NCBI GenBank assembly: GCA_963664705.1
Contig: OY761556.1
Location: 576,001 to 640,000 of the forward strand
Length of the DNA: 64,000 nt
Source of the DNA: Acidobacteriota bacterium
Lineage (GTDB): Bacteria > Acidobacteriota > UBA6911
Direction of reading: 5' to 3'
Below the pieces are notes generated by a model that was not told the DNA's origin, ran no database searches, and saw only the letters and a list, made by a program, of their open reading frames with translations. This document shows, piece after piece, positions 19,455 to 28,552 of this stretch. A program made the position numbers and the translations under genes. How positions within the stretch are numbered: position 1 is the stretch's first letter; each line of letters begins with the position of its first letter.

Positions 19455-20810
19455 ATGATACGACGTCGTATACAGACTCTGTGGATTGTAATCCTGTTGA
19501 TTCTCTGGGGCTGCATCCCTGCACTGGCCCAGAAACCTGTTCCATTGCCTGAACTGACCTCCAAGCGGCTTCTCAATGATTTGCATATCACGGTCGCCTC
19601 TAATCCCAGCCTTGGCGATAACATGACCATCGGGCTGGTGGTGCGTTATGGAGCGGCCTTTGATCCGTCCGATAAAGGCGGATTGGCGCACCTTGTATCC
19701 CGCATGTTCATGAGGGCAACCGACGATAAAACATCCAAGGGGATCCAGGAAGAACTCCGATATCTGGGTGCCACGCTCGACATCCAATGCGATTGGGATG
19801 GCTTCCGCTTTATACTGAACGGACAAAGCGCAAAATACGAGCGCGCTCTCCTTTTGCTTTACCAGATCATAGCGGAAGCTCAGTTTAATGAAGCCGACTT
19901 TAAGGTTGTCAAGGAATCGATCCTGCAAGACCTTCAAAAGCCTCCCGATCCCAGACAACGAATCCACCGGCAACTTGATAGTGTTCTTTTCGGAGGGACT
20001 ACCTACGGACGCCCTATCGAAGGGGATTCGCGGACCGTTGCCAATATCACGCTGGGGGATGTTCGCGGTTTCTATCACAAATTTTTCTCTCCAGGGTCTG
20101 CTTCGCTTCTGGTGGTGGGTTTTATCAATCCAAACCTGGTGCTTCCCAGGGCTACGCGCATATGGGGTATCTGGGTTCAGAATGAGGATGTACCTTTTAC
20201 CTTCATTCCTCCACGTAAGCCTGCCGGCCGTCAGATATACCTCGAGGATGATCCCGGTTCTCCCGCAGCCCAGTTCATCATCGGAAACCTCTTCCCACGC
20301 AGAGAAGATCCTGGATTTGGAAATGCCATGTTGACGGCGCAGATTCTGCAGGAACGCCTGACGAAAATGCTGCCGACCTCGCTGTTGACCGTTGGGTACG
20401 ATGGACGGCGAATGGCCAGCCCGTTTTACGTCCAGGGACAAGCGGCGGCGGACCAGGCGGCCGATCAGCTTCAACACATTCGCGAAGCCGCAAACGACTT
20501 GAAAAGCAATCCCGTTTCGAAAGAAGAGCTGGATGTCGCCCAGCAGAAGGTAATTGCCGACTTCAATCGCGAGCTATCTACATCGGCCGGAATTTGCAAT
20601 ATTCTGCTGGATGCGGAGCTCTACAAACTCGGCAGCAATTATGCCGTCTTGTTTCCGGATCAGATTCGACGCTGTGACATTGAATCAATAAAGGAAGCGG
20701 CGAACAACTATATCTTTCCCAGCGGAGAGGTGATTCTCATTCGAGGTCCGGAATCGATCCTCAAGCCTGCGCTGGAACCGCTTGGCAATACTCGACAGTT
20801 GATTCCATAG
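19455..20810 (+). CDS. Secreted M16 (insulinase) peptidase-like protein lacking HxxEH, probably inactive
   Basis: Signal peptide, LLNDLHI, GAAFDPSDKGGLAHLVSRM (HxxEH degenerate), YGRPIEG, VRGFYHKFFSP. Confidence 0.8.
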   Translation: MIRRRIQTLWIVILLILWGCIPALAQKPVPLPELTSKRLLNDLHITVASNPSLGDNMTIGLVVRYGAAFDPSDKGGLAHLVSRMFMRATDDKTSKGIQEELRYLGATLDIQCDWDGFRFILNGQSAKYERALLLLYQIIAEAQFNEADFKVVKESILQDLQKPPDPRQRIHRQLDSVLFGGTTYGRPIEGDSRTVANITLGDVRGFYHKFFSPGSASLLVVGFINPNLVLPRATRIWGIWVQNEDVPFTFIPPRKPAGRQIYLEDDPGSPAAQFIIGNLFPRREDPGFGNAMLTAQILQERLTKMLPTSLLTVGYDGRRMASPFYVQGQAAADQAADQLQHIREAANDLKSNPVSKEELDVAQQKVIADFNRELSTSAGICNILLDAELYKLGSNYAVLFPDQIRRCDIESIKEAANNYIFPSGEVILIRGPESILKPALEPLGNTRQLIP

Positions 20811-20821
20811 CCGGAAAATTT

Positions 20822-20880
20822 GTCAGGAGACAGGTCCCCCCGTCTCCTGACGTCCTGACTTCTATCTCCTGACTCCTGTC
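20822..20880. repeat. 10-bp inverted repeat followed by TCCTGAC heptamer array
   Basis: GTCAGGAGAC (20822-31) / GTCTCCTGAC (20842-51), then TCCTGAC, TTCTATC, TCCTGAC, TCCTGTC in 7-nt register (20853-20880). Confidence 0.8.
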
Positions 20881-20886
20881 CACTTC

Positions 20887-20895
20887 TGCTATACT
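20887..20895 (+). promoter_or_regulatory. Candidate extended -10 promoter of the MoxR operon
   Basis: TGcTATACT 25 nt upstream of the first DUF4159 ORF. Confidence 0.4.
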
Positions 20896-20920
20896 TCCCC
20901 TACTTTAGGTAGATATTGGA

Positions 20921-21733
20921 TTGTATAGCAAAATAAACCCCAATCTCCGGCAGCGCATAATAAGTTGCATGATTCTGGCTGTTTTCGGCTGGGTGGTGGG
21001 GTACCCCCAATCGCAACGAACTCCAGGTTTTTTGCGTGTGCCCGCACAGTCCGGAATGGTTCAGCCATCCGGGAATCCGGAATTCACGTTCGTACGTGTG
21101 GTCTATACCGGGCTTGGGCCTTATGGATATTACAAAGGGTGGTATACAGACTGGCCAAAGTCCGACCGTCAGTTCATCCTGGGAGTGCGCAGGTTGACAA
21201 ACATACGGGTTGCGGAGCAAGGCAAAACGGTTAGTCTGACGGATCCGGAAATCTATCGTTATCCTTTTATCTATTCTGTCGAATGCGGACACTGGAATTT
21301 CAGCGAGGCTGAGGCCGCCGGCCTCAGGGAATATCTGAAGCGGGGCGGTTTTATGTTCTGCGACGATTTCTGGGGCACATGGGAATGGGAGAATTTTCAG
21401 CAGCAAATATCCCGAGTTCTTCCCGGTGCCGTTATTACCGAAATTCCAATGAGCCACCCGATATTTCATTCCTACTACGACATTCGTCAGATCATCCAGA
21501 CTCCCAATGTCGGCAATGCCCTTTACTCGGAAAATACCTATGAACAGGATGGGTTTGTTCCTCACTGCCGGGGAATTTTCGATCAGGAGGGTAGACTCCT
21601 TATTGTCATAAACTGGAATACCGATTTGGGCGACTCCTGGGAATGGGCTGATCTTCCAGGGTTTCCCGCCAAGTATTCAACATACGCTTACCAGATCGGA
21701 ATCAATGCAATTGTCTATGCCATGAGCCACTAA
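20921..21733 (+). CDS. DUF4159-domain protein (exported)
   Basis: FTFVRVVY, WYTDWPKSD, YPFIY, LREYLKRGGFMFCDDFWG, NTDLGDSWEW, GINAIVYAMSH. Start uncertain. Confidence 0.85.
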   Translation: MYSKINPNLRQRIISCMILAVFGWVVGYPQSQRTPGFLRVPAQSGMVQPSGNPEFTFVRVVYTGLGPYGYYKGWYTDWPKSDRQFILGVRRLTNIRVAEQGKTVSLTDPEIYRYPFIYSVECGHWNFSEAEAAGLREYLKRGGFMFCDDFWGTWEWENFQQQISRVLPGAVITEIPMSHPIFHSYYDIRQIIQTPNVGNALYSENTYEQDGFVPHCRGIFDQEGRLLIVINWNTDLGDSWEWADLPGFPAKYSTYAYQIGINAIVYAMSH

Positions 21734-21744
21734 CTCGGGGAACC

Positions 21745-24027
21745 ATGACTGCAGTCTTCGAATGGCTGTTTAAGTTTCGGCCGCTGCTTTATGAAAAGGG
21801 CCACCTCTCTTTTCATCCAATATGGCCTTGGTATATTACTTTGCTGTTTGCCGTCGCGGCCGTCCTTGGGGCTTATTGGTTCTATCGATATCCTTCACTC
21901 CCGGGCGCCTGGCGCTTAGGGCTGTCCGGTCTGCGTGCGGCTGCATTTCTCGTCATTCTTGTCCTTTTTTTGCAGCCCGTTCTTCGTGTTCATTCCGTGA
22001 TACCGCAGAAAAACTTTGTCGCGATTGCCTATGATGGAAGCAGAAGCATGGAGATACGAGATGGCGCGGATGGACAGTCCAGAATGTCAGTGCAGCAGCG
22101 TCTCCTGCGTGCCTCAGACAATCCACTCTTGAAGGATCTCTCCTCTCGATTCAAGCTCCGGTTCTTCAGGTTTTCAAAGGCAGCGGAGCGAACAGAGGCA
22201 TTTCAGGATTTGCCGCGTCGCGGCGAGATCACGGACATTGAGAACACTCTCCGTCAGATAGAAGGAGAACTGGCGGCAGCACCTGTCGCGGGCATTGTTT
22301 TAGTCACCGACGGTGCGGATAATCACTCCACAAACCTGGATGCCGTATCCGCACAGCTGCATGCCCGGAATATCCCCATATATGCCGTTGGAATTGGCAG
22401 CACCGGTTTTCCTCGCGATGCAGAGGTGCTGCGGGTTTCCGCACCAAGGCATGTGCTCAAGGATACCCTTGTGGAAGCCGAGGTTTTCGTGCGATCGACT
22501 GGATATGCCGGGCGTCGTTCCAAGCTTCTGGTTATGGAGCGGGACCGGCAGATTCAAAGCCAGGAGATCCTGCTCGGCGGCGATGGTGAGGTGAAAACCT
22601 ACAAAGTTTATTTCAACAGCCAGACACCCGGTTCACGTGTTTTCACTTTCAGGATAGAGCCGTTCGATGATGAACTGATCCGGGAAAACAACGATCAGTC
22701 CGCGCTTGTTCGAGTTGACGATGCGCAGCCGCAGATTCTATACGTTGAAGGAGAGCCACGCTGGGAGTATGGCTTTCTCAGACGTGCCATCCTTTCCGAC
22801 AAAAACCTCCAGGTGGTGACGCTGCTTCGCCAGGCGGACGGGAAATTTCTGAGACAGGGTATTGATTCGCCATCCACATTGGAAAAGGGGTTTCCCGTCG
22901 ACAAAGCGGAATTGTTCAAGTACAGGGGACTGATTATCGGGAGTGTGGAAGCCAGTTTCTTCACTTTTGATCAGCTCCGTATGATCTCGGATTTTGTAAG
23001 TCAGCGCGGCGGCGGCTTTCTCATGCTTGGCGGCAAGAATTCGTTCGGTCAGGGCGGATATATGAACACCCCGGTCGAAGACCTTCTGCCGGTCCGGCTT
23101 GGCCCCAATAGTCGCGAAATCCCTGACTTCAGTGAGCTTGAATATAAGGTGCATTTGACATCCTATGGGGCCGAGCACCCGGTAACCAGGCTGTCCTTGT
23201 CGGAATCCGAAAACAGGAAACGGTGGGACGCCGCACCCACGCTAATTGGCTTCAATCCGACCGCCGGCCCTAAACCCGGGGCAACCGTGCTTGCCCAGGG
23301 AGGAACGCCCGACTCCCGCGGGCAAAGCCCCGTCATACTTGCATTCCAGCGATTTGGAAAGGGGAAGTCCTTAGCCTTCACAACCGCAGCCAGCTGGCGC
23401 TGGAAGATGCAGCAGGACCATGCCAACAACTTTCATGAGCTTTTCTGGAAGCAAGCCCTGCGATGGCTGGTCAGCGATTCTCCAGATCAGGTCAGTGTGG
23501 ATACGGAAAAACGGACCTATTCTTCTGACGAGCCTGTCCTGATCCGGGCGGAGGTTAATGACGCGTCATTCGGCCCTTTGAATAAGGCGCAAGTGCGGGC
23601 ACAGGTCAAGTCTCCTTCAGGGCAGAGCAGCAGCGTTCCTCTTTCCTGGGATGTCGAGTCTGACGGCGTTTATTCCGGCGCCTTTAAGGCATCCGAGGAC
23701 GGCATGTATGAAATATCCTGTGAAGCATCCCTGGGAACCCAGAGCATCGGTTCCGCAAAATCTGAGTTCTGGGTCGCTCCATCCACGGAAGAATTTCACA
23801 ATGCCCAACTGAATGCAGACCTTCTCAAGCGCCTGTCCCATGCAACGGGTGGGCGTTACTATTCTCCGGAAAACACCCGCACACTCGCAGAAGACATCTC
23901 GTACATCGATACAGGATCATCGCGGCTGGAAGAAAAGGATTTGTGGGATATGCCGTTCAATTTTCTGCTTTTGGTAGGCTTGGTTTCCGCGGAATGGATC
24001 TTAAGAAAAAGAAAAGGACTGGCATGA
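21745..24027 (+). CDS. Membrane protein with vWA, Ig-like and glutamine-amidotransferase-like domains
   Basis: Two N-terminal TMs, MIDAS-like YDGSRSM and VLVTDG, ILYVEGEPRWEY, RGGGFLMLGG, FWKQALRWL, C-terminal TM EWILRKRKGL. Confidence 0.82.
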   Translation: MTAVFEWLFKFRPLLYEKGHLSFHPIWPWYITLLFAVAAVLGAYWFYRYPSLPGAWRLGLSGLRAAAFLVILVLFLQPVLRVHSVIPQKNFVAIAYDGSRSMEIRDGADGQSRMSVQQRLLRASDNPLLKDLSSRFKLRFFRFSKAAERTEAFQDLPRRGEITDIENTLRQIEGELAAAPVAGIVLVTDGADNHSTNLDAVSAQLHARNIPIYAVGIGSTGFPRDAEVLRVSAPRHVLKDTLVEAEVFVRSTGYAGRRSKLLVMERDRQIQSQEILLGGDGEVKTYKVYFNSQTPGSRVFTFRIEPFDDELIRENNDQSALVRVDDAQPQILYVEGEPRWEYGFLRRAILSDKNLQVVTLLRQADGKFLRQGIDSPSTLEKGFPVDKAELFKYRGLIIGSVEASFFTFDQLRMISDFVSQRGGGFLMLGGKNSFGQGGYMNTPVEDLLPVRLGPNSREIPDFSELEYKVHLTSYGAEHPVTRLSLSESENRKRWDAAPTLIGFNPTAGPKPGATVLAQGGTPDSRGQSPVILAFQRFGKGKSLAFTTAASWRWKMQQDHANNFHELFWKQALRWLVSDSPDQVSVDTEKRTYSSDEPVLIRAEVNDASFGPLNKAQVRAQVKSPSGQSSSVPLSWDVESDGVYSGAFKASEDGMYEISCEASLGTQSIGSAKSEFWVAPSTEEFHNAQLNADLLKRLSHATGGRYYSPENTRTLAEDISYIDTGSSRLEEKDLWDMPFNFLLLVGLVSAEWILRKRKGLA

Positions 24028-25103
24028 GTCGAAGCCTTCGGTTGCCAATCAGCTGTTGCCAGCCTGCAGCTACCCTCCGCTGCTTGCTGTCGATGGTGGC
24101 ATGTTCGTTCCGGATCCCATTCCTGGCGATCACTGTGGGCATCCTGATGCTGCTTTCCTGCATGCCTCAACTCACCGCACAGGAAAGAGACGGACGGTGG
24201 GCCATCCTGATGGTGGGAAATAGCGGTGATCCCGATTTGCAGAAGGCATACCTGAAGGAAATAACCGATCTCCGTACGGCTTTAGAGAAGTCCATGGGCT
24301 TTCCGCACGAGCAGATTGTGGCGCTTTTTGAGGATCCCGCTTTGGCTCCGGGAATAATTGAGGGCAAATCGACGCGCGAAGAACTTCAGACAGCCTGTCG
24401 CCAAATGGCCGCGCGTGTCAGGGCAGAGGATATGGTTTTTGTCTTCATTGACGGGCACGGTACCTATGATGGCAACACCTATAAGCTGAATTGTCCCGGG
24501 CCGGATCCCACGGCCGAGGATCTGGCCTCCATGCTGTACTCCATTCCTGCGCGCCGGTTTGTGATCGTCAACGCCACGAGCAGCAGCGGCGGCAGTATCG
24601 CTTCGCTTTCCCGGGAGGGTACGGTCCTGATTGCCGCAACGAAAAGCGGCATGGAAAGAAACAGCACGCACCTGGGGCGCTATTTTGTTGATGCCCTGCA
24701 AAACAATGCGGCGGATACGGACAAAAACGGTCGCGTATCGATGCTGGAAGCATTTTTCTATGCCAGGCAGAGAGTAGAAAACTATTACGTCAGCGAAGGC
24801 AGCCTGCAGACCGAGCACCCGGTTTTGGATGATCTCGGAGAAAAAAAAGGACAGGACTTGCCTGGCCCGGAAAATGGGGCGGGATTGCTTGCGCGAACCC
24901 TATTTCTGGATAAGGAAGTGCCGCAAGCCACGGGCACGCTGACAATAGAGCAGCAGGGATTGGCGCGTGAGGCTCGGGATGTCGAACAACAGATTGAAGC
25001 CCTGAAATATTCTAAAAGCCAGATACCGGAAAACGAATACGAGCAGCGACTGGAAGCCTTATTGCTAAGGCTGGCACAAATCAATGCAAAGCTTCCGAAG
25101 TAG
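24024..25103 (+). CDS. Caspase/legumain (clan CD)-fold protein with catalytic Cys replaced
   Basis: RWAILMVG, VFVFIDGHG (His), VIVNATSSSGG where the Cys motif is expected, EF-hand-like DTDKNGRVSMLE, C-terminal coiled coil. ATGA overlap with upstream stop. Confidence 0.65.
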   Translation: MSRSLRLPISCCQPAATLRCLLSMVACSFRIPFLAITVGILMLLSCMPQLTAQERDGRWAILMVGNSGDPDLQKAYLKEITDLRTALEKSMGFPHEQIVALFEDPALAPGIIEGKSTREELQTACRQMAARVRAEDMVFVFIDGHGTYDGNTYKLNCPGPDPTAEDLASMLYSIPARRFVIVNATSSSGGSIASLSREGTVLIAATKSGMERNSTHLGRYFVDALQNNAADTDKNGRVSMLEAFFYARQRVENYYVSEGSLQTEHPVLDDLGEKKGQDLPGPENGAGLLARTLFLDKEVPQATGTLTIEQQGLAREARDVEQQIEALKYSKSQIPENEYEQRLEALLLRLAQINAKLPK

Positions 25104-27693
25104 AATTGGATTTGTGATCATCAAAGGAAGGCTTTTCGTTCTGGGCCTTTGTCTGCACTTGTTCTGTCTTCTCCCATGGTGTGCCGCCTCCATGCAGGGC
25201 AAACCCTCCACCCTCGCATCCCACGAAAACCTTGAGGCAAAGGAGCTCTTCAAATTACGGCAAGCCGGTGCCTATCGCGAAGCTTGTCGGCGTGGGGAGG
25301 AATATCTGTCGAAACGAGGCGAGTCGGCGATTCTGCGACTGGAATATGGCCGTAGCCTTGTAGCGGTTGGGGAGTACGGGCCTGGAGAGAATGCGCTTAG
25401 GGCGGCCATTGCGAATGCCCCGATAGTTTCCACGCTGAGGTTTCACGCAATTCGGACGTTGGCTGAGTTGCTTGAAGTAACGGGCCGTCAGAAGGAAGCC
25501 GTATCGCTTTGGGATCAGTTGCTGGCTCAATACAGGACCGGAGGGGTGAATGACAGTGAGACCTTGGGTGAATTGGCTGTGGCTGCCTGGCATCGAGGGT
25601 ATTTCCGGGAGGCTCAAAATATCTTCGTGGATGCAACCGACCCAGAACGGAGTGCTGTATCCGCGGAGGTGCTCACCGATTTTGGCTTTCTGCTGCTCGA
25701 AAAATACAATGCCAAGGATGCGCTCGGGGCCTTTCGCGACAGTCTGAAGTTGGACAACTCGGCGCGGGCGAAGCTTGGCATAGCGCTTGCAAAAAAGTAC
25801 GACAATGATTTCGAGGTGGAGGTGAATGCCCGCGCTGCACTCGAGATCAACCCTTACCTGGTCGGGGCGCGGAATGTATTGGCCCAGCTTGCAATTGAAG
25901 AAGAAGCCTATCCGGAGGCGCTCGAGCATATTGAAGCTGCCCTGAGGGTTAATCCTTTGGACCTGGAAACCCTCAGCCTGCAGGCATTCTGCCGCTACGT
26001 TCAGGGAGACATGTCCGGGTTTGCCAATATCGAGAAGCGCGTGCTGGGGCTTAACCCATCATACGGGGAGTTCTACCGCATACTGGCGGATAACCTTGTT
26101 TCCAGAAGAAAATACCAGGAGGCCGTAGACTGGAGCCGGAAAGCAATTGCAATTCAGCCGGCACTTTGGACTGCTCATGTACTGCTGGGAATGAATCTCA
26201 TGCGCGTCGGCAACATCGAGGAGGGACGAAAGTCCATTCAGCGGGCGTTTGAGGGAGATCCCTACAACGTATGGGCAGTCAATTCGCTGGATCTTTTTGA
26301 TCAGGTCAAATCCTTTAGCCGGATACAGAGCGAGCATTTTGCTTTCCGTATGGCCAAGGAGGATGCTTCATCTATCGGGTCTTTTGCCCCTGCATTGGCT
26401 GAAGAGGTCTATTCCAAATTGACGCAGCGCTATGGCTTCACACCCGAAGGCCCGATCCAGATTGAAATCTATCCGGATCATGGTGGCTTTGCGGTTCGAA
26501 CCCTCGGACTTCCGGGGTTGTCGGGAGTCCTGGGTGTCTGTTTTGGCAAAGTCATTGCCATGGATGCTCCCGGTACCAGACCCAAAGGAACGTATAATTG
26601 GGGATCCACCTTGTGGCATGAATTTGCGCATGTCATTACCCTTCAAATGACCAAGCATAATATTCCCCGTTGGTATTCAGAGGGCTTATCTGTTTATGAA
26701 GAACATAAAGCCCGTCCCGGTTGGGGCGAGAACCTGACCCTTGATTTCCTTCGCGCCTACAAGGCTGGAAAGCTCATGAAGGCAAGCGAATTGAACATGG
26801 GGTTCGTACGCCCGTCGAGCCCCGAACAGGTGATGCTGACCTACTACCAGGCGGGGTTGATCTGTGAAATGATCGAGGAGAAATACGGGTTTGATAAGAT
26901 ACGCCAGTCTCTCCTCCTTTTTGCGGAAAACAAATCTGCACAAGAAGTATTTCATCAAACGCTTGGAATGGATCAGGCTCAGATGGATGAAGCCTATGCA
27001 AAATATCTGGATTCGCGCGTGAAAGCGATTGCGGAACATATTCGGTTTGAAAAAGATGGATCCAAACCGGACACAGCGGATAAGGCCAGCCTGCTTCAGA
27101 AAGTGAAAGACAATCCTGGGGATTTCTGGGCCAATCTGAGTCTGGGGCGGTTGCTTCGCAAGGAAGGATCCCTCGCGGGGGCCGAAATTTATTTGAAAGA
27201 TGCCCAGCGGAGTTTCCCGCAGTACGTGGAAGAGGGGAATTCCTACCAGTTGCTTGGGGAAATCTACGGTGAGCTGAAGCGAAATGATGAGGCTTTGGCT
27301 CAGTTCAGGAATTGGAGCCTGGTGGATGGGTCTGCCCTCGATCCGCTGGCCGCTGCTGCCCGCATCTACCTGGATCGCAAGGATTGGGCTTCTGCCACGG
27401 AGGTGTTGAGCCTTTCCATTTACATAGATCCCTACGATCTGCAGGTTTTTAAGAAGCTCGGCGATGCGGCTATGGCCTGCGGGAAATGGTCCACCGCCAT
27501 AGATGCTTATCGCAGCCTTGCCGGTTCGAAAGTCGCGGATTCTGCCGGGGCGCATTTTGATTTGGCCCGTGCCCTTCTGGAATCCGGCAACCGGCCGGAG
27601 TCGAAACGAGAGGTGCTGAAGGCGCTGGAAATTGCGCCCTCCTATCGCGAGGCACAGGAGTTGCTGTTGAGCCTGAGCGGGGAAGCAAAATGA
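25084..27693 (+). CDS. TPR-repeat protein with gluzincin (peptidase MA-like) domain
   Basis: Multiple TPRs around LWHEFAHV...PRWYSEG (HExxH plus downstream E). N-terminal signal-like segment. Confidence 0.85.
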   Translation: MQSFRSRIGFVIIKGRLFVLGLCLHLFCLLPWCAASMQGKPSTLASHENLEAKELFKLRQAGAYREACRRGEEYLSKRGESAILRLEYGRSLVAVGEYGPGENALRAAIANAPIVSTLRFHAIRTLAELLEVTGRQKEAVSLWDQLLAQYRTGGVNDSETLGELAVAAWHRGYFREAQNIFVDATDPERSAVSAEVLTDFGFLLLEKYNAKDALGAFRDSLKLDNSARAKLGIALAKKYDNDFEVEVNARAALEINPYLVGARNVLAQLAIEEEAYPEALEHIEAALRVNPLDLETLSLQAFCRYVQGDMSGFANIEKRVLGLNPSYGEFYRILADNLVSRRKYQEAVDWSRKAIAIQPALWTAHVLLGMNLMRVGNIEEGRKSIQRAFEGDPYNVWAVNSLDLFDQVKSFSRIQSEHFAFRMAKEDASSIGSFAPALAEEVYSKLTQRYGFTPEGPIQIEIYPDHGGFAVRTLGLPGLSGVLGVCFGKVIAMDAPGTRPKGTYNWGSTLWHEFAHVITLQMTKHNIPRWYSEGLSVYEEHKARPGWGENLTLDFLRAYKAGKLMKASELNMGFVRPSSPEQVMLTYYQAGLICEMIEEKYGFDKIRQSLLLFAENKSAQEVFHQTLGMDQAQMDEAYAKYLDSRVKAIAEHIRFEKDGSKPDTADKASLLQKVKDNPGDFWANLSLGRLLRKEGSLAGAEIYLKDAQRSFPQYVEEGNSYQLLGEIYGELKRNDEALAQFRNWSLVDGSALDPLAAAARIYLDRKDWASATEVLSLSIYIDPYDLQVFKKLGDAAMACGKWSTAIDAYRSLAGSKVADSAGAHFDLARALLESGNRPESKREVLKALEIAPSYREAQELLLSLSGEAK

Positions 27694-28520
27694 CGGAAAG
27701 CAGATTGCGAAAGACGAATGAAAAGACGAGACCCGGTGGGTTTCGTAGCCTTCACTTTTGCATTCGCAATTCATCAGGGATCATTTTCTTCCTGCTGGCC
27801 CTTGTTGCTGTTGCTGCCGGCCACTTCTCCGGGATTGCTCAGGAATCAGAGCAGGAGTTGGCCCGGAAGGAAAGCCGTTTTACTTTCGGCAGGATTTATT
27901 TTGATTCCCCACTGACGCGAATATTCAGCGGACCGATCGGCGCCGGGAATGGTCCGCCATGGAGCCATGACTGGCCTCGGTCTGAAGAGCATTTTATGAA
28001 GATTATGGCGGAGGTTACCAGGCTGGATGTGAACCCCGGGGGGCATATTCTCTCGTTTCAGAATGATGAATGTTTCAAATATCCTATAGCGTACCTGTGC
28101 GAAGTCGGATACATGAATCTTTCAGATCAGGAAGCACGCCGGATGGCCGAATACCTTCTGCGCGGCGGGTTCCTCATTGTGGACGATTTTCGCGGGGAGC
28201 GTGAATTTGCTAATTTTCAGATGCAGATGAAACGGGTATTTCCGAAGCGCTCCCTGGAGGAATTGCCCCGGTCACATCCCATCTGGACCTGTTTTTACGA
28301 TATCTCAAAATTGATGATCGAGCCGCCCTACTCCAGGTTCCTGACTCCTCAGTATTTCGGAATGAGCGATGACACCGGACGGCTTATGATGGTTGTTGAT
28401 TACAATAACGACATCAGCGATTACTGGGAATGGTCGGATGACCCTTTGACTCCCATCGAGGAGTCCAACGAAGCTTACAAATACGGGGTCAACTACGTGA
28501 TGTATGCGTTAACGCATTAG
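27690..28520 (+). CDS. Second DUF4159-domain protein (exported)
   Basis: FTFGRIYF, WSHDWPRSE, EYLLRGGFLIVDDF, NNDISDYWEW, GVNYVMYALTH. Paralog of 20921-21733. Confidence 0.85.
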   Translation: MTESRLRKTNEKTRPGGFRSLHFCIRNSSGIIFFLLALVAVAAGHFSGIAQESEQELARKESRFTFGRIYFDSPLTRIFSGPIGAGNGPPWSHDWPRSEEHFMKIMAEVTRLDVNPGGHILSFQNDECFKYPIAYLCEVGYMNLSDQEARRMAEYLLRGGFLIVDDFRGEREFANFQMQMKRVFPKRSLEELPRSHPIWTCFYDISKLMIEPPYSRFLTPQYFGMSDDTGRLMMVVDYNNDISDYWEWSDDPLTPIEESNEAYKYGVNYVMYALTH

Positions 28521-28552
28521 GTATATCCGGTAGCTGAAAGGGAACGAATACG

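Noticed and set aside
19386-20477. 363-aa minus-strand ORF
   Set aside because: Antisense to the M16-like gene.
26686-27774. 362-aa minus-strand ORF
   Set aside because: Antisense to the TPR-gluzincin gene.
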